A stretch of 64,000 nucleotides of DNA from Alphaproteobacteria bacterium (GTDB lineage Bacteria > Pseudomonadota > Alphaproteobacteria > SP197): contig OZ219747.1 of NCBI GenBank assembly GCA_964291265.2, positions 352,001 to 416,000 on the forward strand, in the 5' to 3' direction. Both the position numbers and the translations under genes were made by a program. Within the stretch, counting starts at the first letter, position 1. Every line of letters starts with the position of its first letter. Under the pieces are notes generated by a model that was given only the letters and a program-made list of their open reading frames with translations, had not been told where the DNA came from and ran no database searches. This document shows, piece after piece, positions 10,266 to 19,753 of this stretch.

Positions 10266-11078
10266 ATGGACCACAATAGCCATCCCCTCCGGCTGAAGGA
10301 AACCGATCCACCTGCGGTACGGTTCTCCAGGGTGTCCAAGCGTTACGGCGATCTCACCGTGCTCGATTCACTCGATCTCGACATCGCAGCCAACGAGATC
10401 GTCTCGATCATCGGACCGTCCGGCTCGGGCAAGACCACGGTCCTGCGCGTCCTGATGACTCTCGAACCCATCGATGACGGTGTCATCTATCTTCATGGTC
10501 GGCCGCTCACCCACATGGAAAGGGACGGAATCCTTGTCGGAGCCAGCGGCGCGCATCTCAGGAAGATGCGATCGGACATCGGCATGGTGTTCCAGCACTT
10601 CAATCTCTTTCCTCACATGACCGTGCTCGAGAACTGCATGGAGGCCCCCGTGCAGTCGCTGGGTCTCGGCAAGGACGAGGCGCGGGAGCGCTCCATGGAA
10701 CTCCTGACCATGGTGGGCATTGCCGACAAGGCGGGCCAGCATCCATCGCGCCTCTCCGGCGGTCAGCAGCAACGCGTCGCCATCGCCCGGGCGCTTGCCA
10801 TGCGGCCGAAGGTCATGCTCTTCGACGAGGTCACCTCGGCCCTCGACCCGGAGGTGATCGGCGAGGTTCTCAACGTCATTCGCCAGCTCGCTAGGGAACA
10901 TGACCTGACCATGATCATCGTGACGCACCAGATGGGATTTGCCCGCGAAATCTCTGATCGCGTATGCTTCTTCTACGAGGGCAGGATTGCCGAACAGGGA
11001 CCGCCGGACCAGCTGATCGGAAACCCGCGGAATGAACGCACAAGGATGTTTCTCAGCGCCGTGCTCGACGCGGATTGA
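10266..11078 (+). CDS. ehuA: ectoine ABC transporter ATP-binding protein
   Basis: GPSGSGKTT, LSGGQQQRVAIARALAMRPKVMLFDEVTSALDPE. Confidence 0.85.
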   Translation: MDHNSHPLRLKETDPPAVRFSRVSKRYGDLTVLDSLDLDIAANEIVSIIGPSGSGKTTVLRVLMTLEPIDDGVIYLHGRPLTHMERDGILVGASGAHLRKMRSDIGMVFQHFNLFPHMTVLENCMEAPVQSLGLGKDEARERSMELLTMVGIADKAGQHPSRLSGGQQQRVAIARALAMRPKVMLFDEVTSALDPEVIGEVLNVIRQLAREHDLTMIIVTHQMGFAREISDRVCFFYEGRIAEQGPPDQLIGNPRNERTRMFLSAVLDAD

Positions 11079-11085
11079 GGAGTTC

Positions 11086-11919
11086 ATGCCCGACTCGCCA
11101 CTGACGACCCCGGAGCAGCGCGCCGCCTACGAGGAAGACGGGGTGGTCTGCCTTCGCGAGGCTTTCGACCCTCGCTGGTTGGCCGTTGCTTCCGACGCCA
11201 TCGACCAGGGCATGACAAATCCCGGACCGATGTTCGTCGACTACTCGGCGGATACGAAACCCGGCACGTACTGCACGGATTTCTGGATCTGGCAGCGGGT
11301 GCCGGCGATGCGTGAGTTCATCTTCGAGTCACCTGCCGCCCGGATCTCCGGCGAACTCATGGACGTTGCTTCCGTGATGCTCGTGACCGACAACTGGCTC
11401 GTGCGCAGGGCCGGCGCCGTCAACCGGGCGCCCTGGCATCACGATGCACCGTACTTCGATCTCGACGGTACATGGTGCGTGCTGTGGATGGCCCTCGAGC
11501 CGATCGCCCGGGGCGAGGGCGTCACGTTTCTCAAGGGGTCCCATGCGTGGAACAGGCTCTTCATGCCGGAGAGTTTCGCGGGCACCGGACCGAAGGCCGA
11601 CCCCCACGGCATCTACGAGAGAACTCCCGACTTCTCCCGGCTGAGCGAGTGCGGCGACCGGGTCGACTACGCGCTCGAGCCCGGGGACTGCCTCGTCTTC
11701 GATTCGCACACGGTGCACGGCACGCCGGACACCGCGCCACCGCGGCACACCACGAGGCGGCTCACCATGCGCTTCGCCGACGGCAATGCCACCTATCGTC
11801 GACGGGGCCCCTGGACCCGCGACATGACGGATTTCCTGGAAGCTGAGTACGGACTCATCGAAGGCGGTCCCTTCCGATGCGAACTCCTGCCGATCCTGCG
11901 GGACCGGCGCCGTGACTGA
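11086..11919 (+). CDS. phytanoyl-CoA dioxygenase family Fe(II)/2OG enzyme
   Basis: PWHHD (HxD) ... VHG ... RR facial-triad pattern. Confidence 0.85.
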   Translation: MPDSPLTTPEQRAAYEEDGVVCLREAFDPRWLAVASDAIDQGMTNPGPMFVDYSADTKPGTYCTDFWIWQRVPAMREFIFESPAARISGELMDVASVMLVTDNWLVRRAGAVNRAPWHHDAPYFDLDGTWCVLWMALEPIARGEGVTFLKGSHAWNRLFMPESFAGTGPKADPHGIYERTPDFSRLSECGDRVDYALEPGDCLVFDSHTVHGTPDTAPPRHTTRRLTMRFADGNATYRRRGPWTRDMTDFLEAEYGLIEGGPFRCELLPILRDRRRD

Positions 11920-12727
11920 CAGGCGCCTGAACGAAGCGGCCCTCCGCTACAGGCGGGACGGCTACGCCTTTCCCTTCGATGCGATCGGCACGGCAAGGGC
12001 CAGCGAAGCGGCCACGCGCATCGAGGGGCTCCTGGAGACACCACCGGTGACCCTGCAGCACCCGTGGCGCATCAAGATGCACCTGCTCTGCGACTGGATC
12101 TTCGACCTCGCAACAGATGACGCCGTGCTCGACGGCGTCGAATCGGTCATCGGAACGGACATCCTTCTTCAGGCGGCCGATCTCTTCTGCAAGCCGCCCG
12201 GGGGACGGCAGCACATCAACTGGCACCAGGACGCCAACTACTGGAATCTCGAGCCCTTCGAGATCTGCACCGCATGGATCGCCCTCACCGACGCCCGTCC
12301 GGAGAACGGATGCATGCGTTTCATGGCGGGCAGCCACACGCGCGACAAGCTCTGTCACCGGGAAACGCTGTCCGAGGGAAGCGCCCTCACCCGCGGTCAG
12401 GAGATCGTCCTCGACATGGATGAATCGCGCGCTGTCCCGGTCATCCTCGACGCCGGAGAGATGTCGTTGCATCACTGTCTTCTTGCTCATGCATCCGGCA
12501 TCAACCGCACCGCATCGCCACGCATTGCCCTTGCGGTCCGTTACCTTCCCGCCCACGTGCGTCAGACCGCCGGACCGGCGTTGTCCACGATCCCGGTGCG
12601 CGGCCGGGACACCTGGCGGCATTTCACCCGCGATACACCGCCAGACGGCAGTTTCACGGCGCGCTCGATCGCCGCGCATGCAAGGGCCATGGCGCCCCAC
12701 GCGGCGTCGGGCTACGCCACAGCCTAG
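11912..12727 (+). CDS. phytanoyl-CoA dioxygenase family Fe(II)/2OG enzyme
   Basis: NWHQDANYW, ENGCM...GSH, LAHASGIN...PR motifs. Confidence 0.88.
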   Translation: MTDRRLNEAALRYRRDGYAFPFDAIGTARASEAATRIEGLLETPPVTLQHPWRIKMHLLCDWIFDLATDDAVLDGVESVIGTDILLQAADLFCKPPGGRQHINWHQDANYWNLEPFEICTAWIALTDARPENGCMRFMAGSHTRDKLCHRETLSEGSALTRGQEIVLDMDESRAVPVILDAGEMSLHHCLLAHASGINRTASPRIALAVRYLPAHVRQTAGPALSTIPVRGRDTWRHFTRDTPPDGSFTARSIAAHARAMAPHAASGYATA

Positions 12728-12736
12728 AAGAGCCTC

Positions 12737-13915
12737 ATGGTAGCAGCCGCTTTCGAAGAATCAGAGTACGCGCAACGCCGCGCCAGGGTCCGCCAGCGCA
12801 TGGACGAGGCCGGATTCGACCTTCTGATTTGTCAGGATCCGGCGAACATGCATTGGCTGACCGGCTTTGACGGCTGGTCGTTCTATACGCCGCAGGCCGT
12901 GCTGTTTCATCGTGATGAGCGGTTTCCGGTGTGGTTCGGCCGCGCCCAGGATGCCCTTTCCGCCGTCCTGACGACGGATCTTCCCGACGACAACATCGTG
13001 GCCTATTCCGAGCCCCTGGTTCACCATCCGGACGACCATCCCTTTGACGAGCTGTGTGAACTGATCAGGCAGCGCGGCTGGAGTTCCGCGCGCATCGGCG
13101 TCGAACTGGACGCCCACTACTACACGGCAAGAGCCCACCGGCATCTCGTCGACGGACTGGGCGGCGCCCGGATCTCCGACAACCGCGAACTGGTGAACTG
13201 GGCGCGGCTGGTCAAGTCGCCCGCGGAACTGTCGTACATGCGCGAGGCCGGCAGAATCGCGACACGGGTCATGGAAGGTGCACTGGAGCGCCTTCGACCG
13301 GGCGTGCGGCAGAAGGACATCATCGCGGACGTCTATCACGCACAGATCAGCGGTCTCGACGGGAGGCACGGCGACTACACCAGCCTCTGCCCGTTGATCC
13401 AGGTCGGGGAAGGCACGGCGACCCCGCACCTCACCTGGACATCCGATGCCCTGCCCGACGAGGGGCTTGTGGTCATGGAGCTGGCTGCGGCCCGCCGCCA
13501 CTACCATGCGCCGCTGACCCGGACGGCGCATCTCGGTACGCCGCCGCGTGACGTCGTCAGGCTCGCGGAAACGATCGTGGAGGGCGGAGATTCGGCGCTG
13601 GAGGCCGCTCGTCCCGGCGCGACATGCGCCGATGTGGAAGCCGTCTGGCAGGGCGTGCTGAACCGTCACGGCTACCGCAAGGAGAGTCGCGTGGGCTACT
13701 CGATCGGCCTTGGTTTTCCGCCCGACTGGGGAGAACGGACCGCCAGCCTGCGCCCCGGCGACGACACCGTCCTCGAGGTCGGCATGTGCTTCCACTTCCA
13801 GTCGGGCGTGTGGCTGGAGCGCTGCGGCGCCGCGATCTCCGAATCCTTCGTCGTCACCGCCGACGGGGGCGAGCGTCTCTGTGACGTCGAGCGCGCGATC
13901 CGCGTCGTTGCCTGA
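12737..13915 (+). CDS. doeA: ectoine hydrolase-like M24 protein (DoeA/EutD)
   Basis: DPANMHWLTGFDGWSFY, LVNWARLVKS, PHLTW and GYSIGLGFPPDWGERTASLRPGD motifs. Confidence 0.8.
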   Translation: MVAAAFEESEYAQRRARVRQRMDEAGFDLLICQDPANMHWLTGFDGWSFYTPQAVLFHRDERFPVWFGRAQDALSAVLTTDLPDDNIVAYSEPLVHHPDDHPFDELCELIRQRGWSSARIGVELDAHYYTARAHRHLVDGLGGARISDNRELVNWARLVKSPAELSYMREAGRIATRVMEGALERLRPGVRQKDIIADVYHAQISGLDGRHGDYTSLCPLIQVGEGTATPHLTWTSDALPDEGLVVMELAAARRHYHAPLTRTAHLGTPPRDVVRLAETIVEGGDSALEAARPGATCADVEAVWQGVLNRHGYRKESRVGYSIGLGFPPDWGERTASLRPGDDTVLEVGMCFHFQSGVWLERCGAAISESFVVTADGGERLCDVERAIRVVA

Positions 13916-13942
13916 CAGGCCAGCGACACACGGGAGACCGGC

Positions 13943-15103
13943 ATGACCGCTCACTTGCCCTTTCCACGCCAGGAACTCGATCGACGCCTTGACACGCTCC
14001 GCGGCGCGATGGCGGAGCGTGATCTGGACGGCATTCTCGTCGCCAGTCCGGAGAACATCTACTACCTCACCGGCCTCGATCACTGGGGATTCTTCGCGAC
14101 ACACGTCCTCGTCGTGCCGCGCGACGGCGGAATGCGCCTCGTCGCCCGGGCCATGGAGCGGATCACGATCACCAACCAGGTCGCCAACGCCGCCTTCCAT
14201 GGCCACTCCGATGGCGAGGAACCGGCGGACCATGTGCTCGAGGCGATGAGCCTTCTCGGAATTCGCGACGGCCGGGTCGCGCTCGAGGAGCGCTCCTTGT
14301 TTCTCACACCGCATACGGCAAGCCGCATCAAGGCCGGCGCTCCGGCGGCCGCATGGAGCGACGCCTCGGGCATCATCGACACCCTGCGGATCGTCAAGTC
14401 ACCGCTCGAAATCTCCTATACGCGCCGTGCCGCCGAAGCGGCGGATGCCGGTACGCTGGCGGCCATCGACGCCATTCACCATGGCGCCAGGGATCACGAA
14501 GTCGCTGGCGAATGCCAGCGCGCCCTGTGTCTGGCGGGCAGCGAGTATCCCGGTTTCGGACCGTTCATCAGGCCGACATCCAGGCTTGGCGAGGAGCACA
14601 CCACGTGGCGGGGCGAGACGTTTCGCAACGGCGATGCAGTGTTCCTGGAGATCGGTGCGGCCTGCCGCAAGTACCAGGCGCCCATGGGCCGGCTGGTCTA
14701 CGTGGGGAGCGCTCCTGTCGGCGTCGAACGCTCCGTCGAGATGGCCATCGACGCCATGCAGGCGATCGCCGCCGCGATCGTTCCGGGCGCGCGGGCCAGA
14801 GACGCCTATGCAGCCTGGCGGGATGTCGCAAGAAGCCGGGGGCTCGAAGGCTACGAGCGGCATCACTGCGGCTACCTGACAGGCATCGGTTTCCCACCGA
14901 GCTGGACCGGAGGCTCCATGGTCACGGGTCTTGCGCCCGATTCGGACCTGGAACTGAAGCAGGGCATGTCGTTTCACCTTCATTCGTGGTTCACCGACAC
15001 GGACTGTGTCGACTATTTCATCTCCGACTCCGCGATCCTGACGGAGAAGGGGTGCGAGATCCTCACCACGCGCTCACCCCAGACCCTCATCGTGCGCGCA
15101 TGA
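13943..15103 (+). CDS. M24 family (creatinase/Xaa-Pro-like) hydrolase
   Basis: PENIYYLTG, RIVKSPLE, GYLTGIGFPPSW motifs. Confidence 0.85.
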   Translation: MTAHLPFPRQELDRRLDTLRGAMAERDLDGILVASPENIYYLTGLDHWGFFATHVLVVPRDGGMRLVARAMERITITNQVANAAFHGHSDGEEPADHVLEAMSLLGIRDGRVALEERSLFLTPHTASRIKAGAPAAAWSDASGIIDTLRIVKSPLEISYTRRAAEAADAGTLAAIDAIHHGARDHEVAGECQRALCLAGSEYPGFGPFIRPTSRLGEEHTTWRGETFRNGDAVFLEIGAACRKYQAPMGRLVYVGSAPVGVERSVEMAIDAMQAIAAAIVPGARARDAYAAWRDVARSRGLEGYERHHCGYLTGIGFPPSWTGGSMVTGLAPDSDLELKQGMSFHLHSWFTDTDCVDYFISDSAILTEKGCEILTTRSPQTLIVRA

Positions 15104-15594
15104 GCATGACGTCACGTGAGCACCGGAGGCAACAGCCGGCACGAATGCGCCCGGCATCAAGGGGACCCTGACCGGGCAAGCGGCGCAGCGAGCGCTGCAC
15201 CAAGCGCATGCCATCGACCACGCGAATCCCTGCGGACGACTTGCTTCAGACGGACCCCCGTCGAGTCACACCACCGATCAGCCGGCACCGTCCCGGCAGG
15301 ATCGGAATTCGTTCCGCGGCCCGGGTCAGGGCATCCTTGCCACGCCGAGCCGCCTGCCTTCCACCGACGTGCACGTGTCCGCCACGGGATCGTTGCCACC
15401 ATCGAACTCGGGAGCATTGTCAGAAAATGCTGCCCGGAATTGACCCTTCTCGGGATCCGCTCCACCGGCCGCCCAGCTCATGCCGCTGCGACCCGCATGC
15501 GTGGGAAGGTCAGAGGAAGCCGCCGACATACGTGCGCGCGTGCAACCCATGGATGCCCGACGTCAGGAGGAATCATGTGGAATCAGGCGTGGGA

Positions 15595-15928
15595 CGGTCC
15601 TGACCGGGTTCCCCGGCGGTCCCTCTTGCGGCTCTGCAGCGTTCCCGCGACCCCGGACGGCCCGTCATGCCTCGCCAGTGGCGGCGTTTCCGGTATTGCC
15701 CCTGCTCCTTGGAACACAAGGCGCCGGCATCGACAGCTTTCGAGGCTCAATGGCGCTGCTTCGCCGCCCCCCTTGCGTACGCTTCACGACATGCGGTGCC
15801 GCACGCCATGCAACACTCGGTTCCGGCTGGTATTGACCCTTGCCGCGTCGGAGTTTCACCCGATGGATTACGTCGAGACGTTTCAGATTCGTCGCACCTA
15901 ACCTCCTCCAGGACTCTGTCTGGCGCAA
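15595..15928 (-). mobile_element. degenerate group II intron 5' fragment (domain I region)
   Basis: Minus strand starts TTGCGCCAG and carries GGGTGAAACTCC, CCAGCCGGAACCGAGT, GTGAAGCGTA, ATTGAGCCTCGAAA, GGGGTC and GGGAACC blocks; no D5/D6 or RT found. Confidence 0.55.
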
Positions 15929-16393
15929 GGCAGCACGCACCCGGACGGCAGGATCGGGCGCCGGATCTCTGCAGACCGGCGCGGCCTGGACCCGGCGCCT
16001 CGGCGAGCACCTGCCGGCGATCTTCCCCGGAGGGCGACTTCCAGGAGATGATCTCGCGCGCCGGTGAGACCGGGGCGGCGCTGCCGGTCCGGGCGATGTC
16101 GGGGACCGAAGCGCCAGCTGCTGTCCGGAACGCAGAAGCTCCGGGAAGGCGTCAGGTTTCTGTCTCGGGCTGCAAGCCAACCGGAAGAAGAAAAGGACAC
16201 GGACTTGAGTGTGCTGGATTGACAGGCCTCGATCCCGCCAACGACAGCGTCGACGGTGCCGGCCGCATCCGCATAGCGGCAGGGCGCGACTTCTCCGACG
16301 TCTCACCGACTGAGCGGAATTCTGCCAGGCAGGTGCCAGGCCGCCCTCGAAGTCAGGATCCGTCCCGTCCGCGCCTGACAGGGAACCGCTCTC

Positions 16394-17641
16394 CTACTCG
16401 ACCACGGCAATCCGCGCCGGGACGCGATGCAGGAAACCCGCGTCGTCGTCGGTGAACATCATCATGTCGATGAGCATGGACATGCCGGCATCCTGCGGCA
16501 GGTAGAAGTTGGCCTCGTAGTTGGACGACATCCCGGGCTCGAAAACCTCGTCTCCGGGATCGTTGTGAACGTCCCAGAACCACGGGCCCACCCAGTCCGG
16601 CGGAAAGGAAAGGCCCAGATCATAGCCGCCGATCCAGCACTGGTCCTGCCAGATGCCGGTGTCGCGGTAGTAGGCTTCGATGACCTTGAGAAGTTCGCGC
16701 ACCGGCAGACCCGGACGGAGAATCTCCGCCAGCATGGCCTTGACGCCGGTGACGGCGTCGAGATAGCGCGACACCTCGGGGTGCGGTTCACCGACGCACA
16801 CGGTACGCGCGATGTTCGAGTGGTAGCGGTGCCAGACGCCACAGATGTCGACGTTGACGACATCGCCCGGCATGATCTGCCGCCGCGTGGCCAGGGCATG
16901 CATGGCGGCGCTGCGCGCGCCCGAGGACACCGGCATGGTGATCGACGAGGGTTCACCGCCGGCGCGGGCCATGGCGCGCACCATCTCGCCCCAGACCTCC
17001 AGTTCCGTGACACCGGGGCGAATGGTCTCGATGGCCGTCTGCATGCCGATGTCGCCGATCCTGGCGGCGGTGCGGATGAAGGCAAGTTCGGCGGGCGACT
17101 TGATCCGGCGCACATCGTTGACGATGTCGCTGCCGTCGACCACCGTGGCACCGCGGGCCTCGAAACCGGCCTGCAGCCGCTCGCTTGCCGCGCGGTTCGG
17201 CCGGTAGCTGTGCATCTCCAGGCCGACCCTCCCGTCGAGCCAGTCCTCGCCGTCGAGGGTCTGGACGATGAAGCCGATCACGTCCTCGGAAGGCTGGGCG
17301 TCGCCGCCGAAGATGCGCAGGTCCCGGCTGACCGTCGTGAACCCCGCCAGAATCTGTTCGTTCTGCACCTCGATGTGAATGAAGTCGTCCGCGTCGACGT
17401 GAACGGCGATCCCGGTGACCGGCAGCCAGGCAGTCGGTCCCTGGGCCTGATACCACTCGGCACGATAGCCGGAGAGGTAGCACACCGATTCCGGTGACGC
17501 GAGATAGAGGGTGTCGATGCGGCTGGCGGCCATCGCTGTACGCACCCGGTCCAGCCGGCGGCGGTACTCGTCGAGGGAGAAGATCGTTTCGGCCTCCGGC
17601 CGCAGAAACTTCAGCGTCCGTTCCTTGTGTGTCATGCCCAT
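16394..17641 (-). CDS. M24 family peptidase/hydrolase
   Basis: PESVCYLSGY, RRIKSPAE, RYHSNIART, GYDLGLSFPPDW motifs. Confidence 0.85.
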   Translation of the reverse strand: MGMTHKERTLKFLRPEAETIFSLDEYRRRLDRVRTAMAASRIDTLYLASPESVCYLSGYRAEWYQAQGPTAWLPVTGIAVHVDADDFIHIEVQNEQILAGFTTVSRDLRIFGGDAQPSEDVIGFIVQTLDGEDWLDGRVGLEMHSYRPNRAASERLQAGFEARGATVVDGSDIVNDVRRIKSPAELAFIRTAARIGDIGMQTAIETIRPGVTELEVWGEMVRAMARAGGEPSSITMPVSSGARSAAMHALATRRQIMPGDVVNVDICGVWHRYHSNIARTVCVGEPHPEVSRYLDAVTGVKAMLAEILRPGLPVRELLKVIEAYYRDTGIWQDQCWIGGYDLGLSFPPDWVGPWFWDVHNDPGDEVFEPGMSSNYEANFYLPQDAGMSMLIDMMMFTDDDAGFLHRVPARIAVVE

Positions 17642-17734
17642 CTGATCCGTCCCCTTCAAGGTGACCGCGGCCTCTCGCTTCCGGCCGGTGTTTTGCTCAT
17701 AGTTCCGCCTGCGCACTATCCGGGAGACCACGCC

Positions 17735-19753
17735 TTGGCGCTGATGCTGGGTATCGATACCGGCGGAACCTACACCGATGCCGTATTGCTGGACACCGCC
17801 CGGGGGCCCCTCAAGACGGCAAAGTCGTTGACGACGCGGCACGACCTGACGATCGGCATCGCCGCCGCCGTCGATGCGGTGCTCGGCGAGAATGCCGCAA
17901 CGATCGCCCTCGTGTCGGTCTCGACCACGCTCGCCACCAATGCCATCGTCGAGGGACGGGGCAGTCCGTCAGCGCTCGTCCTCATCGGCCATGCACCCGA
18001 GGACGGGACCAGGCATGACATCGCGAGCGCCCTCTCCGGTGGCCCCCTGATCAGGGCCCGTGGAGGCCACGATGCCCTCGGCGAGGAAGCCGCTCCTCTC
18101 GATCTCGGTCTCGTGGAATCGGAGGCCCTCGAAGTCGCCGGCACGGTCTCGGCCTTCGCCGTCTCCTCGTTGTTCTCGGTTCGCAATCCGGCGCACGAGA
18201 TGGCGGTGCGCGACATGCTGCGGCGGTCGACCGGCCTTCCGGTCTCCTGCGGCCACAGCCTGAGCGCCGAGCTCGATGCGCCGCGCCGCGCCCTGACGGC
18301 GCTGCTCAATGCGCGGCTCATCCCCATGATCCAAGAACTCATCGTCACAGTCACGACGTTGATGGCCGAGCGCGGGATCCAGGCCCCGGTCATGGCCGTC
18401 AAGGGTGACGGATCCCTGATCGATGCCGCCACCGCGCTGGACACTCCGGTGGAGACCATCCTCTCCGGTCCCGCGGCGAGCGTCATCGGCGCACGGCACC
18501 TTTCCGGTCACGACAACGCCTTCATCTCGGACATGGGCGGGACCACCACTGACATCGCGCTGGTCGAGAACGGGCAGCCGAAACTCGACACCAGGGGTGC
18601 GCGGGTTGGCGGTTACCACACCATGGTGCGCGCGGTGACCGCCTACACAAGCGGTCTGGGCGGCGACAGCGAGATTCGCCTCGACGACAAGGGGCGGCTC
18701 GCCATCGGTCCGCGCCGCGCCGTGCCGCTGGCTCTCCTCGCCCACCGCTACCCCGACGTCATCGACATTCTCGCCGCGCAGGTGAGGCGCGCCTGGCCGC
18801 TGGAGTGGGACGGCATCTTTGCGCTTCGCCTGCTCCAGCCAGCCCGCGAACCCTCCGGTCTCTCGCGGCCACAGCGTCACCTGTGGGAGGCGCTCGCCGA
18901 CGGTCCCGTCGCCATGGAAGAACTCTATCGCGACCGCTCGCCCAAACTGTCGCTCGAGGCCCTCATGGAAAGAGGACTCGTCATCACGTCGCGTTTCACG
19001 CCGAGCGATGCCGCCCATGTCCTCGGCATCCACGACGCCTGGGAGGGTGAGGCAGGGCCATTGGCGGCGCGCCTGTGGCTGAGGTGGTGGGCCATGACAG
19101 GTCATGCCGCGCCGGATGATCCACAAGCCTTCGCGCGTCTCGTCCTGGAGGCGACGCTCCAGGCCAGCGTTCACGCGCTCATCGAAGCGGCGATGCAGGA
19201 AGAGCACGGGCTTCCACTGCCCTCCGGGCGTTCCGCCCATGCCCTGCTCCAGGCGGCGATGGAGGGCCGTGAGGGCACGCACTTCGCGCTTGACGTGCGC
19301 CTCCACCATCCCGTGGTGGGAGTCGGCGCGCCTGCCGCGACCTACTATCCGCGCCTCGCCAGCCGCCTTCACACCGAAGTCTTAGTTCCGCCCCATGCCG
19401 GCGTGTGCAACGCCGTGGGGGCCGTCGCAGGGGGCGTGGTGCAAAGGGCCGATGGACTGCTGACGTCACCCAGGAGCGGTGTCATTCGCTGTCATCTTCC
19501 CGACGAGGTGACGGACTTCGAAGACCTCGAGGAGGCAGCGCTCCATGCCAGCGGCGTTCTCGAACGCCTGGCGCATCAGGCAGCCGCGAGGATCGGCGCC
19601 GATGACATCACCGTGCGCGTGGACCGCAAGGACGAGATCGTCGCCTGCAAGGACGGCAGCTCGCTCTTCATCGAAAGCCGCCTTGCCGCCGTGGCGGCGG
19701 GCCGTCCATCACTCGGCAGTCAGGCGGGACGCGGCTCGAAGCCCTCCTCGTAG
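17735..19753 (+). CDS. hydantoinase/oxoprolinase family protein (A-subunit-like)
   Basis: GIDTGGTYTD, STTLATNA, ETILSGPAAS and SDMGGTTTD motifs; TTG start after GGGAG. Confidence 0.88.
   Translation: MALMLGIDTGGTYTDAVLLDTARGPLKTAKSLTTRHDLTIGIAAAVDAVLGENAATIALVSVSTTLATNAIVEGRGSPSALVLIGHAPEDGTRHDIASALSGGPLIRARGGHDALGEEAAPLDLGLVESEALEVAGTVSAFAVSSLFSVRNPAHEMAVRDMLRRSTGLPVSCGHSLSAELDAPRRALTALLNARLIPMIQELIVTVTTLMAERGIQAPVMAVKGDGSLIDAATALDTPVETILSGPAASVIGARHLSGHDNAFISDMGGTTTDIALVENGQPKLDTRGARVGGYHTMVRAVTAYTSGLGGDSEIRLDDKGRLAIGPRRAVPLALLAHRYPDVIDILAAQVRRAWPLEWDGIFALRLLQPAREPSGLSRPQRHLWEALADGPVAMEELYRDRSPKLSLEALMERGLVITSRFTPSDAAHVLGIHDAWEGEAGPLAARLWLRWWAMTGHAAPDDPQAFARLVLEATLQASVHALIEAAMQEEHGLPLPSGRSAHALLQAAMEGREGTHFALDVRLHHPVVGVGAPAATYYPRLASRLHTEVLVPPHAGVCNAVGAVAGGVVQRADGLLTSPRSGVIRCHLPDEVTDFEDLEEAALHASGVLERLAHQAAARIGADDITVRVDRKDEIVACKDGSSLFIESRLAAVAAGRPSLGSQAGRGSKPSS

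Noticed and set aside
11086-12727. Ectoine hydroxylase ectD
   Set aside because: The EctD signature is absent and there is no ectABC in the window.
15930-16390. Possible small gene between the intron relic and the M24 gene
   Set aside because: No frame gives a recognisable or compositionally protein-like product.
19720-19753. 34-bp convergent overlap of the hydantoinase and dipeptidase 3' ends as antisense regulation
   Set aside because: Short 3' overlaps are common in GC-rich genomes; no further evidence.
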